The translations under genes were made by a program, and so were the position numbers. The notes under the pieces are model-generated. The model was given only the letters and a program-made list of their open reading frames with translations. It made no database searches and was not told the DNA's origin. DNA of 37,524 bases, filler included, from Sandaracinaceae bacterium (GTDB lineage: Bacteria; Myxococcota_A; Polyangia; Polyangiales; JADJQN01): assembly GCA_947483975.1 (NCBI GenBank). It is 12 parts of 12 records of this genome, joined end to end, with 100 filler letters (N's around TTAATTAATTAA, not from the genome) between each part and the next. Parts side by side here need not be neighbours in the genome. Positions count along the whole stretch, not along the records: positions 28,306 to 31,315 come from CANKOL010000522.1; positions 31,416 to 34,424 come from CANKOL010000523.1; positions 34,525 to 37,524 come from CANKOL010000524.1; 9 more parts are not named here. One strand, written 5' to 3'. This document shows, in pieces, positions 28,654 through 37,411 of this stretch; the stretch's first letter is position 1, and each line of letters starts with the position of its first letter.

Positions 28654-30459
28654 TCACGGCAGCGCGCGCAGCTCGGCGAGCCCGTGCAGGTCCGCGTAGC
28701 CCCGGCGGACGCCGAAGCAACGCGCCCGGGCGGAGCAGGTCGTGCACGCCTCCGCGCGGAGGAATTCTCCGGCGCCCTCGTCGTGTCCGAGGTCCGCGAG
28801 GTCGTCGCCTACGTTGGGCGGCAGCAGGCAGAGCGGGATGCCGCACATCGACTCGAAGCCGCGGACCGCGAGCCCGAGTCGCTCGGCGCGGAGCAATGCC
28901 TCGGAGAGGAACGGCCGCACGTCGGAGTAGCGAGGGACCAGCCGCGCGTCGCGAGGGACGACGTCGGTCGACGGCGCGACGAAGGAGATGTTCACGGTGC
29001 TCGTCGGCCAGCGCGCCGCGACGAGGTCGACGAGCGCCGGAAGCTCGGGCGCGTTGAGCGCGCAGATCACGAAGTTCAGCACCACGTGCACGCCGCGCCG
29101 ATGCAGGTGGTCGACCCCCACCAGCGTTCGGGCGAAGGTGCCCGGCGCGCGCGTGATCGCGTCGGACGTCTCGGCCGTGGCCCCGTGGAGCGACACGAAG
29201 GCTTCGCGGAGCCCGGCCTCGTAGAGCGCGCCGACCAAGGCCTCGTCGTCGAGCCGCACCGCGTTCGTCTGGAGCTGCAGCGCGGGCAGTCCCGGCCTCA
29301 CCGCGAGGCGGACGTAGTCGAGGAGCCGAGGGTTGAGCGTCGGCTCACCGCCCGAGAGCACGATGCGCGCGCCCTGCCCTGCGGCGGCCTCGATCGCGGC
29401 GAGCACGACGGCGTGCCCGGGCGGCGGGAGGTGCGTCGAGACGAAGCAGAATTCGCACGCCTGGTTGCAGTGGAAGTTGACGCGGACGATCACCTCTTCG
29501 ACCGCTCCGAGCACGGGATCGCGGGTGCGATCGCGCGTGAGGAATTCGCGGGCGATCTGCTCTTCGACGGTGGTGATCAGCGAGAGCCTACGGCGCGTGC
29601 GGTCGTCGACGATCGGCTCGATCGGAGGGAATCCGTCGCGGCGTACGAGGCCCGCGTCGAGCCCCGCGCAAGCCCTGCGAACGAGGCACGCGTCGCACTC
29701 CGGCACGCGCACGCGGTCGGCGCGCTCTTGCGCTTGCCCGGTGAGCGACCACAGCTGCGGCGGCAGCGCGCCCTTGGGAAACACGCACGGCGGAGGGCCG
29801 CTCCCCGGCGCGAGCTTCAGCGGAATGCCGACGCTGCGCGCGGCGGCCTCGAGGGCCGCGAGCGCGGTCATCGCCTCGGCGAACGACAAGACCTCGTCGC
29901 GGTCGGGGGCGGAGGTCGGCACCGACGCGCGGAGCATGCTCACGCGGCGTGGGTCACCGACCGCGGCGACGAGCGCCGACGGGAGCCCCGCGACCTGGCG
30001 ATGATTCGCGCGCACGAGCGGCACCGCGAGCTCGAGCGTGCCCCCACGGTCGACGATGGCGCGGAGCGCGCGCGCAGCGTCCACCCCCGCGCCGGGAGTG
30101 CGTGTGAACGCGTCGAGCGCGTCTCCCCACGCGGGGAGGTGCAGCCGGAACACGTCGACGCCGGCGGCTAGCAGCCCCACGACCGCCGCCTCGTCGAGCC
30201 TCGCGCCGTTGGTCTCGAGCACGATCCGCTGGGCCCCGCGGGAGCGCGCCGAAGCGATCAGCGCGCCCAAGTCGCCGCGCAGCGTCGGCTCCCCGCCGGT
30301 GAACACGAGCTCCTCCGCCCCCTCGGCGAGCGCGACCGCAATCCGCTGCTCGACGGCCGCCCGGGCGATGAACCGCGGGTCATCGGTCGGGCGACGCTCC
30401 GTGCAGAAGCCGCAGTTCTGGTTGCACCGCTGATGGGTGACGACGAGAGACGTCCGCAC
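28654..30459 (-). CDS. Twin-domain radical SAM protein (two fused radical SAM domains, each with a Cys-rich auxiliary tail)
   Basis: Domain 1: CNQNCGFC, FTGGEP, LETNG, PPCVF, CDACLVRRAC. Domain 2: CNQACEFC, LSGGEP, LQTNA, VSLHG, CGIPLC, CTTCSARARC. Start reassigned to GTG 30459 (601 aa) so that it does not overlap the divergent gene. Confidence 0.9.
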   Translation of the reverse strand: MRTSLVVTHQRCNQNCGFCTERRPTDDPRFIARAAVEQRIAVALAEGAEELVFTGGEPTLRGDLGALIASARSRGAQRIVLETNGARLDEAAVVGLLAAGVDVFRLHLPAWGDALDAFTRTPGAGVDAARALRAIVDRGGTLELAVPLVRANHRQVAGLPSALVAAVGDPRRVSMLRASVPTSAPDRDEVLSFAEAMTALAALEAAARSVGIPLKLAPGSGPPPCVFPKGALPPQLWSLTGQAQERADRVRVPECDACLVRRACAGLDAGLVRRDGFPPIEPIVDDRTRRRLSLITTVEEQIAREFLTRDRTRDPVLGAVEEVIVRVNFHCNQACEFCFVSTHLPPPGHAVVLAAIEAAAGQGARIVLSGGEPTLNPRLLDYVRLAVRPGLPALQLQTNAVRLDDEALVGALYEAGLREAFVSLHGATAETSDAITRAPGTFARTLVGVDHLHRRGVHVVLNFVICALNAPELPALVDLVAARWPTSTVNISFVAPSTDVVPRDARLVPRYSDVRPFLSEALLRAERLGLAVRGFESMCGIPLCLLPPNVGDDLADLGHDEGAGEFLRAEACTTCSARARCFGVRRGYADLHGLAELRALP

Positions 30460-30526
30460 CGGCCGCAGCCTACGCTCCGAACCGAGGCCGCGACAGCCGG
30501 GCGCTTCCGCCGCATAATCGTCGGCC
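30460..30526. promoter_or_regulatory. Candidate bidirectional leaderless promoter
   Basis: 67-bp divergent gap. CATAAT (30513-30518) lies 8 nt before ATG 30527. Minus-strand TAGGCT (30467-30472) lies 7 nt before GTG 30459. There is no convincing SD on either side. Confidence 0.5.
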
Positions 30527-31315
30527 ATGCCGCGTACCGCCATCATGTACATCGCGGAGCGCTGCAACCAGAGCTGCGTGTTCTGTCTCGAAGAAGACGG
30601 CACTTGGAACGAGTTCGTCGATCCGAGCACGCAGCAGGTCTACGACACCCTCCAGGACCTGCGTCGGAAGGGCGCCGATCACATCACCTTCATGGGCGGT
30701 GAGACCTTCTTTCGGAAGGATCTGTCGCGGATCCTCGGCGAGGCGAAGAAGGTCGGCTTCACCCGACTCGGCGTCACGACCAATGGCACCGTGCTCTCGA
30801 AGCCCGGCTTCGTGAAAGACCTGGTCGAGGCCGGACTCGACTTCATCGAGTTCTCCGTCCACGGGCACACGCCTGAGCTGGCCAACTCGATCGGCGGCAC
30901 GAGCTTCACGTTCGAGCGGCAAGCCGAGGCGCTCGCCGAGATCGACTCACTCGGCGACGTGCACACCATCGTCAACGTGGTGATCTGCCGCGAGAACAAA
31001 GGCGAACTCGTCTCGATCGCGCGCTACCTCCGCGAGCGATTCCCGCACATCCCCGTGCGCTTCAAATTCAAGTTCGTATCGATGACCGGCCTCGCCCTCG
31101 AGCGCGCGAGCGGGCAGGCGGTGCTCCGGCACGACGAGGTCGACTTCCTCTCGGTCGGCGACTACCTCACCGCCGAAAACGTGCCTTTCTGGTACTACAA
31201 CGTGCCGCTCTGCTACCTCGGTCGGCACGCCGCGCACTCGCACGAGCTCGGCACGCTCGCGGGCGACGAGACGTATTTCGACTTCGACCACCGCGGCAAG
31301 AGCGAATACTACGAC
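30527..31315 (+). CDS. Radical SAM protein, C-terminus truncated
   Basis: Motifs IAERCNQSCVFC, ITFMGGE, VTTNG, FSVHG and YNVPLCYLG. The motif order is the same as in each half of the twin protein. Confidence 0.9.
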
Positions 31316-31415
31316 NNNNNNNNNNNNNNNNNNNNNNNNNNNNNNNNNNNNNNNNNNNNTTAATTAATTAANNNNNNNNNNNNNNNNNNNNNNNNNNNNN
31401 NNNNNNNNNNNNNNN

Positions 31416-31573
31416 CCCAAGGCCGACCAAGGTTGAGTTTGCAGCGCCCACAAGGCCGACCCAAGGCCGACCAAGGTTGAGTTTGCAGCGCCCACAAGGC
31501 CGACCCAAGGCCGACCAAGGTTGAGTTTGCAGCGCCCACAAGGCCGACCCAAGGCCGACCAAGGTTGAGTTTG
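31416..31573. repeat. Perfect 44-bp tandem repeat (3 full copies + partial) at contig start
   Basis: Unit CCCAAGGCCGACCAAGGTTGAGTTTGCAGCGCCCACAAGGCCGA starts at 31416, 31460, 31504 and 31548 (partial). There are no spacers, and the length is not a multiple of 3. Confidence 0.95.
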
Positions 31574-31629
31574 AGCGGGCCGAGGGCGGTCGGGTTTGCC
31601 TGCGGACGTGCGCGAGCGTGAACGGCGCT

Positions 31630-32241
31630 TCACTCCTCGGGCGTCGCCGCGAGCACCTCGGCGACGTCGGGGCGGCGCACGCGCCAGAACAGAAACAGAT
31701 AGAGGAGGACGGAGACGCTCGCGCCCGCGACGTACAGGACGAGCGCGATGTCGGTGAAGCCCGGGCCGCTCTGCGCGAGCTCGCGGAGCGTCTCGGGCGG
31801 GAGCTGTTTGGCGGCCTCGGCGTAGGCGAGGTAGGCGTGATCGAGGTCCGGCGCCGCCCGGAGCGCGCGCGCGAACGAGGCGCTGTCGCCCACCGTCCAG
31901 ACGAGGTTGGCGAGGGCGGCCTGGGTCAGCCACCACACTCCCGTCGAGCGGCGCAGCAGCAGCATCGACGCGGCGAGCACGAGCAGCACCGAGACGGCGA
32001 GGTTGGACGCGCTCGCGAGGCGGCGGTGCGCGGGCTTGAGCAGCGCGGTCGTCAGCGTCCCCGAGAACGCGGCGTAAGCGGCCGTTTCTTCGGCGTTTTG
32101 GTGCGTCGCGCCGAGGGCTGGGGGCGGCGTCGCGGGCGAGCGCAGCGCGGCGCAGGAGCGCATCGCGCCGCAGTTGCCGAGGACGAACGCGAGACTGGAG
32201 ACGAGGACGAGCGCGCGAGCGCCGCTGGGTAGCCGAGCCAC
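31630..32241 (-). CDS. Hypothetical integral membrane protein (about 4 TM)
   Basis: 203-aa ORF with several hydrophobic segments and GC3-biased codons. Confidence 0.65.
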   Translation of the reverse strand: MARLPSGARALVLVSSLAFVLGNCGAMRSCAALRSPATPPPALGATHQNAEETAAYAAFSGTLTTALLKPAHRRLASASNLAVSVLLVLAASMLLLRRSTGVWWLTQAALANLVWTVGDSASFARALRAAPDLDHAYLAYAEAAKQLPPETLRELAQSGPGFTDIALVLYVAGASVSVLLYLFLFWRVRRPDVAEVLAATPEE

Positions 32242-32414
32242 GGCGGCTGTCTACTTCCGCGCGGGGCCCGTGTCACGCGCTGGGGGGCGTTTGCGTGGCC
32301 AAGGAAGGTGCGGGCCCGGGGTCCGTATGACAGGGTGAGCGCTGTCGGGAACTTCCGCGGCGGGCTGGTGTCGGAGTCTGGTTCGGGACGCGTTCGTCAC
32401 AGGAGGCCACCGCG

Positions 32415-32978
32415 ATGGAGATTCGGGTCAACGTCGTGCTGCTCTCGGTCCTCGCGTGCGTCTGGGCGGGCCTCTCGGCCGCGGACCCCGTCGCCGCCCT
32501 CGATCCCCGCGCTCCCTCGACGCACGCGCTCGCTCAGCTCGAGGACGCCTTCGCGGCGAACCCCGGCGATCTCCACGTCGCGCGTGAGCTCGCGCGCTCC
32601 TACCTCGACGTCGGGCGCCCCGGGCTCGCCGTCGCGGCGCTCCGCTCGGCCGACCCGGCGCTGCTCGAGGACCCGATGCTCGCCCACCGCCTCGCGCAGG
32701 CCTACGAGCGCAGCGGTCGCGTGCTCGACGCCCTCGCGACGGCCGACCTCGCGCTCCAGCGCTGCGGCCGTGCGCTCGGCTCGGAGGACGCCTCGATGGC
32801 GACGCCCGTGCCCCGCTTCGACTGCTCGGAGCGCACCTACGCAGCGCTCGACGTCCACAAGGCGGCGCTCGAGCACATGGTCCGCTGGGGCGTCGCGGAG
32901 CCCGACACCGACACCCGCACCGCGATCGCTTACCGCCTCGCGACCCGCTCGGCGACCTTTGCGGCCATCACTGAATAG
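32415..32978 (+). CDS. Hypothetical exported TPR-like protein
   Basis: AGGAGG RBS 8 nt upstream, an N-terminal hydrophobic segment and TPR-like helices (ANPGDLHVARELARSYLDVGRP; HRLAQAYERSGR). Confidence 0.75.
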   Translation: MEIRVNVVLLSVLACVWAGLSAADPVAALDPRAPSTHALAQLEDAFAANPGDLHVARELARSYLDVGRPGLAVAALRSADPALLEDPMLAHRLAQAYERSGRVLDALATADLALQRCGRALGSEDASMATPVPRFDCSERTYAALDVHKAALEHMVRWGVAEPDTDTRTAIAYRLATRSATFAAITE

Positions 32979-33429
32979 CGCGCTCGGCCTCGCCGCGTTC
33001 CTCGTCGGCTGTGGTGGCGCGCCGACCGCGCCGCCCGTGACGGCCGAGCCCGCGACGCCTGAGCGCGTCGCCGTCGCGCTGCGCTTCGAGGACGCGGGCA
33101 CGGACCCGACGACGGATGTCCCGCACACGCGCGTCATGCTCGCCGTGATCCGCGAGTCGGACGGGCGCACCGAGACGCACGAGGTCCGCGTCGTCAACGG
33201 CCCCTGCAGCTTCACCGCGCCGACCGGCGGCGCGCTGACCGCGGGTAGCTGCTGGTGGGCTGGCTCGGGCGACAACTTCGAGGTCGTGCGCGAGGGCGAC
33301 GAGGTCTTGGTGCGCCTCGCGGAGGTCGCCGAGGAGCTCGACGCGCCGCTGCCGTCGGTGACCGCGCTGCGCGTGCCGCTGCCCGCGAGCGCGCAGCTGC
33401 AGGTCGTCGCGCCCGACACGGCGCAGTGA
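32959..33429 (+). CDS. Hypothetical lipoprotein (start uncertain)
   Basis: 3' part of ORF 32308..33429: (M)RPSLNSALGLAAFLVG-C-GGAP lipobox, then a beta-rich domain with CWWAGSGD. The TTG at 32959 is the inferred start. Confidence 0.6.
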   Translation: MRPSLNSALGLAAFLVGCGGAPTAPPVTAEPATPERVAVALRFEDAGTDPTTDVPHTRVMLAVIRESDGRTETHEVRVVNGPCSFTAPTGGALTAGSCWWAGSGDNFEVVREGDEVLVRLAEVAEELDAPLPSVTALRVPLPASAQLQVVAPDTAQ

Positions 33430-33459
33430 GCGCCCCGCGCGGGCCCGTGAAGCGCGCGC

Positions 33460-34424
33460 TCAGTCGCGCGTGCGGAGCGCGCCCTCGCTGAGCGAGGCCT
33501 CGGCGTCGAGCGGCGGGCCGTCCTTGGTCAGCACGACGTGGAGCTCTGCGCCGCCGCGCGTCTGGCCCGTGGTGTCGTCGGCGTCGAGCGGCGGCGAGTC
33601 GCCGATCTCGATGGTCGCGAGGTGCTCGCTGAGGATGCGGTGCACGATCGCGAGGCCGAGCCCGGTGCCGCCGGCTTTGGTCGTGTGATACGGCTCGAAC
33701 ACGCGCTGGCGCTCCTCGCCGGCGGGGATGCCGGGGCCGTTGTCGCGGACGCGCGCGTCGACGCCGCCGTCCTTCGTCGCCGAGAGCACGACGACGACCC
33801 GCGCCGCCGTGTGCTCGCCCCCGCCGTGTCGCGCGCGCCCCGCGTCGGCCGCGTTCTGCACGAGGTTGACGAAGACCTGCGTCAGCTGCTCTCGGTCGGC
33901 GCGCACGCGCGGCAGGTCGCGGGGCGCGTCGATGCGGAGCGGCACATCGTTGGTGACGTGCATGGTCTCGAGGTGGCTGAGCACCTCGCGCACGTCGAGC
34001 GACTCCGGGCGCGGGCGCGGCAGGCGGGCGAAGCGCGAGAACTCGGTGACGATGCGCTCGAGGCGCTGGACCTCCTCGAGGATCATCACCGTCGACTCCT
34101 CGAAGATCTCGGGGAAGTCGGGGTGCTGCTTCGCGTAGGTCTTGCGCATCGTCTCGATGCTCACCTGGATCGGGAGGAGCGGGTTCTTGATCTCGTGCGC
34201 GATGCGGCGCGCGATCTCGCGCCAGGCGGCGACGCGCTCGGCGCGCAAGAGGCGGCGCTGCGTCGTCGCGAGCTCGCGCGTCATGTGATCGAAGGCGGCG
34301 AGCGCGCGCCCGACCTCGCCGCGCCCGCTGCCGCCGACGGTGGACTCGAGATCGCCCGCCGCGACGCGCTCGGCCGCCGCCTCGAGGCGCGCGAGCGGGC
34401 GCGTGATGCCGAGCGCGAGGAGCA
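33460..34424 (-). CDS. NtrY/NtrB-like sensor histidine kinase (HAMP, HisKA, HATPase), N-terminus truncated
   Basis: HAMP (ITRPLARL...EVG...AFDHMT), H-box AWREIARRIAHEIKNPL, N-box NLVQNA, and DNGPGI, FEPYHTTK, GTGLGLAIV. Confidence 0.92.
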
Positions 34425-34524
34425 NNNNNNNNNNNNNNNNNNNNNNNNNNNNNNNNNNNNNNNNNNNNTTAATTAATTAANNNNNNNNNNNNNNNNNNNN
34501 NNNNNNNNNNNNNNNNNNNNNNNN

Positions 34525-35528
34525 AGGGCCGCCGTGCGCGTGGCGCTCGCGCTTCGCCCGGCGAACAGCAGGTAGGCCCACACCGCGACGCCGACGACGC
34601 CCGCGAACGCGAGCTTCAGCGCGTAGGGGATGATCGGCTCGTGCAGCTGCGAGATCGTGCCCTCGATCAGCCCCGCGAGGACGAGCACCGGCATCCCGCC
34701 GACGACGAGCCGCACGGCGCGCCGCGCCTCGGCGACGACCGCGTCCTTGCGCCCGAGCCTGCCCGGCACGAGCAGCCCGCGCGCGAGCACGAGACCTGCC
34801 GCGCCCGCGATGATCACCTGTGTGACCTCGGGGATGCCGTGCGGGAGGATCCACGCCCAGAAAAACAGCCCCTTGCCGTACTGGTGGTACTGCACCGCGA
34901 GCGCGCCGAGCGGCACGCCGTTGGTGAACATCATGCTCGCCGTCCCGACGCCGAACGTCAGCCCGAGCGCGAACACCATGAACGTCACCTGAATGTTGTG
35001 CGTGAACAGGAAGCTCGAGAACGCCGCGCCCTCGTCGCCCGTGTGGCCCGGTCCGCCCTCGTCCTCGGCGACGCGCTCGGCGGGAGTCCGCTGCTGATGG
35101 TCCTCCGGGATCAGCACGCCCGCCGCGTGCGGATCGACCGCCATCGCGACGGCGCCGACCGCCCCGCCGCCGAAGAAGAGCAGCGCCGACAGCGTCATGA
35201 CGCGCCACTCGGCGCGGAAGAGGCGCGGGAACTCGCGCAGGAAGAACTGCGGCAGCCGGCGCGCCTTGCTGCCCGTGCCGGAGTGCACGTGCGCGTAGGC
35301 GCGCGCGACGAGGTCGTTGAGGTAGTCGACGATGGCCGCGTCGACGAGCTCGCCGCGCGCGACGAGCAGGTCGCTCGACACCGCGCGATAGAGCTTGCCG
35401 AAGTTGCGGGCGCCCTCCAGCCCGAGCGCCGACATCCCGCGCTGTTCGAGGGCGACGAGCGCTCGCTCGAGCTCGACCCACTGCGGGGTGCGCTCGTCCA
35501 CGAAGCGTCGGACGTCGAAGCCCTGCAT
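34525..35528 (-). CDS. Stage II sporulation protein M-like (SpoIIM/DUF95) membrane protein
   Basis: Motifs LYRAVSSDL...YLNDLVARAY, FTHNIQV, NGVPLG, ILPHGIPE and AGLIEG. Start reassigned to MQGFDV. The stop lies at or just beyond the contig edge. Confidence 0.88.
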
Positions 35529-35575
35529 CGCGGCCGAGCATATCCCGGCAGGAATGTGCGTGCTACACACGGCGG

Positions 35576-36328
35576 GTGCGCGACGCCCACGAGATCCGCA
35601 CGCCGGAGAACGTCGTCTTCGAGTTCGAGCTCGCCGGGCTTGGGTCGAGGGCCCTCGCGTGGCTCATCGATCTGTTCGTGATGCTGACGATGATCCTCAC
35701 CGCCTCGTGCGTCATCTCCGCGACGCAGGTCGTCGCAGGCGGCTTCGCGCTCGCGCTGCTCTCGGTCGCCGTGTTCCTCGTGCAGTGGTGGTACTCGGCC
35801 CTCGCAGAGTGGTGGACCGGCGGACGCACGGTCGGGAAGATGGTCGTCGGCCTGCGCACGCTCGACGAGCGCGGGCTGCGCGTCTCGTTCCTGCAGGCGG
35901 TCGTCCGCAACCTCGTGCGCATCGTGGATCTCTTGCCCGCGCTCTACCTCGTCGGCGGAGTGTCCGCGCTGCTCGATGGCAGCGGGCGTCGCCTCGGGGA
36001 TCTCGCCGCGGGCACCATCGTCGTGCGCGAGCGACGCGCGCCCCCGCCGGCGCAGGTCGTGCCGCCGGCGCAGCGCTACAACACCTTCATCAGCGACCCG
36101 CTCGTCGTGCACGCGGCGCGGCGCATCGCGCCCCTCGAGCGCGAGGCGATGATCGGGCTCTCCCTGCGCCGTGAGCGCCTCCCGCTCGCGGTGCGTCACG
36201 AGCTCTTCGGTCGGCTCGCGACGCACCTCGAGGCGCGCCTCGGCGTGCCGCGTCCGCCCTTCTTCTCCGAAGAGAAGTACGTGCTCAACCTGACCGCAGT
36301 AGTGCTCGCGTCCGGGGCTCGCCCTTGA
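35576..36328 (+). CDS. RDD-family membrane protein
   Basis: Motifs TPENV...LAGLGSRALAWLID, GRTVGK...LR, RNLVRIVD and RRLGDLAAGTIVV. Confidence 0.92.
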   Translation: MRDAHEIRTPENVVFEFELAGLGSRALAWLIDLFVMLTMILTASCVISATQVVAGGFALALLSVAVFLVQWWYSALAEWWTGGRTVGKMVVGLRTLDERGLRVSFLQAVVRNLVRIVDLLPALYLVGGVSALLDGSGRRLGDLAAGTIVVRERRAPPPAQVVPPAQRYNTFISDPLVVHAARRIAPLEREAMIGLSLRRERLPLAVRHELFGRLATHLEARLGVPRPPFFSEEKYVLNLTAVVLASGARP

Positions 36329-36355
36329 GCCCGCGCGCGCTCCGATGAGAAGACG

Positions 36356-37324
36356 ATGACCAAGAAGATCACGATCGCGTATCACGGGCACTGCTTCGAC
36401 GGGATGTGCTCCGCTGCGGTGCTCACGCGCTTTCTGCGCGCGCGCGACGGCGAGGACCTCGCGTTCGAGTACCGCGGCCTCGACCACCAGCCGGGCGGCT
36501 CCTTCGTCCCGGAGGCGCTGCTCGGCGGCGAGGAGAACGCCGTCGTCGACTTCCGCTACACGACCTCGTCGAAGCTCACGTGGTTCTTCGATCACCACAA
36601 GAGCGGCATCGTCGGCGACGAGGAGCGCGCGAGCTTCGAGGGCGACAAGAGCGGCAAGAAGTTCTTCGATCCGACGTACGGCTCGTGCTGCAAGCTGATC
36701 GCGGACGTCGCGCGGGACCGCTTCGCGCTCGAGCTTCCCGAGCTTCGAGACACGATCGCCTGGGCGGACATGATCGACGCCGCGCGCTTCCCGAGCGCCG
36801 CCATGCCGGTGGAGTTGAAGGAAGCCGCGCTTCGCCTGATGACCGTCGTCGAGGTGCACGGCAGCGACAAATTCCTCGCGCCGCGCATCGAGAAGCTCGC
36901 GCGGGGCGCCTCGCTCGACGAGATCGCCGCCGATCCGGACGTCGCCGCGCGCCTCGTCCCGCTGCTCGTGCAGCATCAAGAGACGCTGACCGTGATCCGC
37001 GAGCGCGCGCGCAGCGAGAACGGCGTCGTCTTCTTCGATCTCGTCGGCGTCGCGGGGGATCGCTACAACAAGTTCATCCCCTATTGGCTGTTCCCCGACT
37101 CGCGCTACTGCGTCGCCGTCACGGCGGGCAAGCACCGCTCGAAGGTGAGCGTCGGCAGCAACCCGTGGGCGCACGTGCCGCGCACGCACGACATCAGCGC
37201 CATCTGCGGGGGCTACGGCGGAGGCGGACACCCCGTCGTCGGCGCCGTCAGCCTCCCGCCGACGGACGTCGAGCGCGCCCGGCTGATCGCCCGAGAGATC
37301 GTCGCGACGCTGTCGAGCGGTTGA
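36356..37324 (+). CDS. DHH-family phosphoesterase (NrnA/NrnB-like, with DHHA1 C-terminus)
   Basis: Motifs YHGHCFDGMCSAA, VVDF, FDHH, and C-terminal GGGGHPVVGA. Confidence 0.88.
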   Translation: MTKKITIAYHGHCFDGMCSAAVLTRFLRARDGEDLAFEYRGLDHQPGGSFVPEALLGGEENAVVDFRYTTSSKLTWFFDHHKSGIVGDEERASFEGDKSGKKFFDPTYGSCCKLIADVARDRFALELPELRDTIAWADMIDAARFPSAAMPVELKEAALRLMTVVEVHGSDKFLAPRIEKLARGASLDEIAADPDVAARLVPLLVQHQETLTVIRERARSENGVVFFDLVGVAGDRYNKFIPYWLFPDSRYCVAVTAGKHRSKVSVGSNPWAHVPRTHDISAICGGYGGGGHPVVGAVSLPPTDVERARLIAREIVATLSSG

Positions 37325-37411
37325 CGCTTCCGCCCCGCGCGGGCTAGATGCGGGCAGCGGCGATGGCGCCGGGATCCAGACGCACGAACGGAAGAAGCAC
37401 CAGCCACCAAC

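Noticed and set aside
28478..28846. Minus-strand ORF containing CRGCH (a CxxCH haem-binding motif) after the twin rSAM
   Set aside because: It is Arg/Ser-rich low-complexity sequence with no signal peptide, and the motif sits three residues from the stop. Most likely chance.
30460..30630. 57-aa N-terminal extension of the twin rSAM given in the ORF track
   Set aside because: It would overlap the divergent rSAM gene. GTG 30459 places the CxxxCxxC motif near the N-terminus as in the paralogue and has a -10 box upstream.
31416..31573. CRISPR array
   Set aside because: The units are head-to-tail identical with no unique spacers, and no cas genes are visible.
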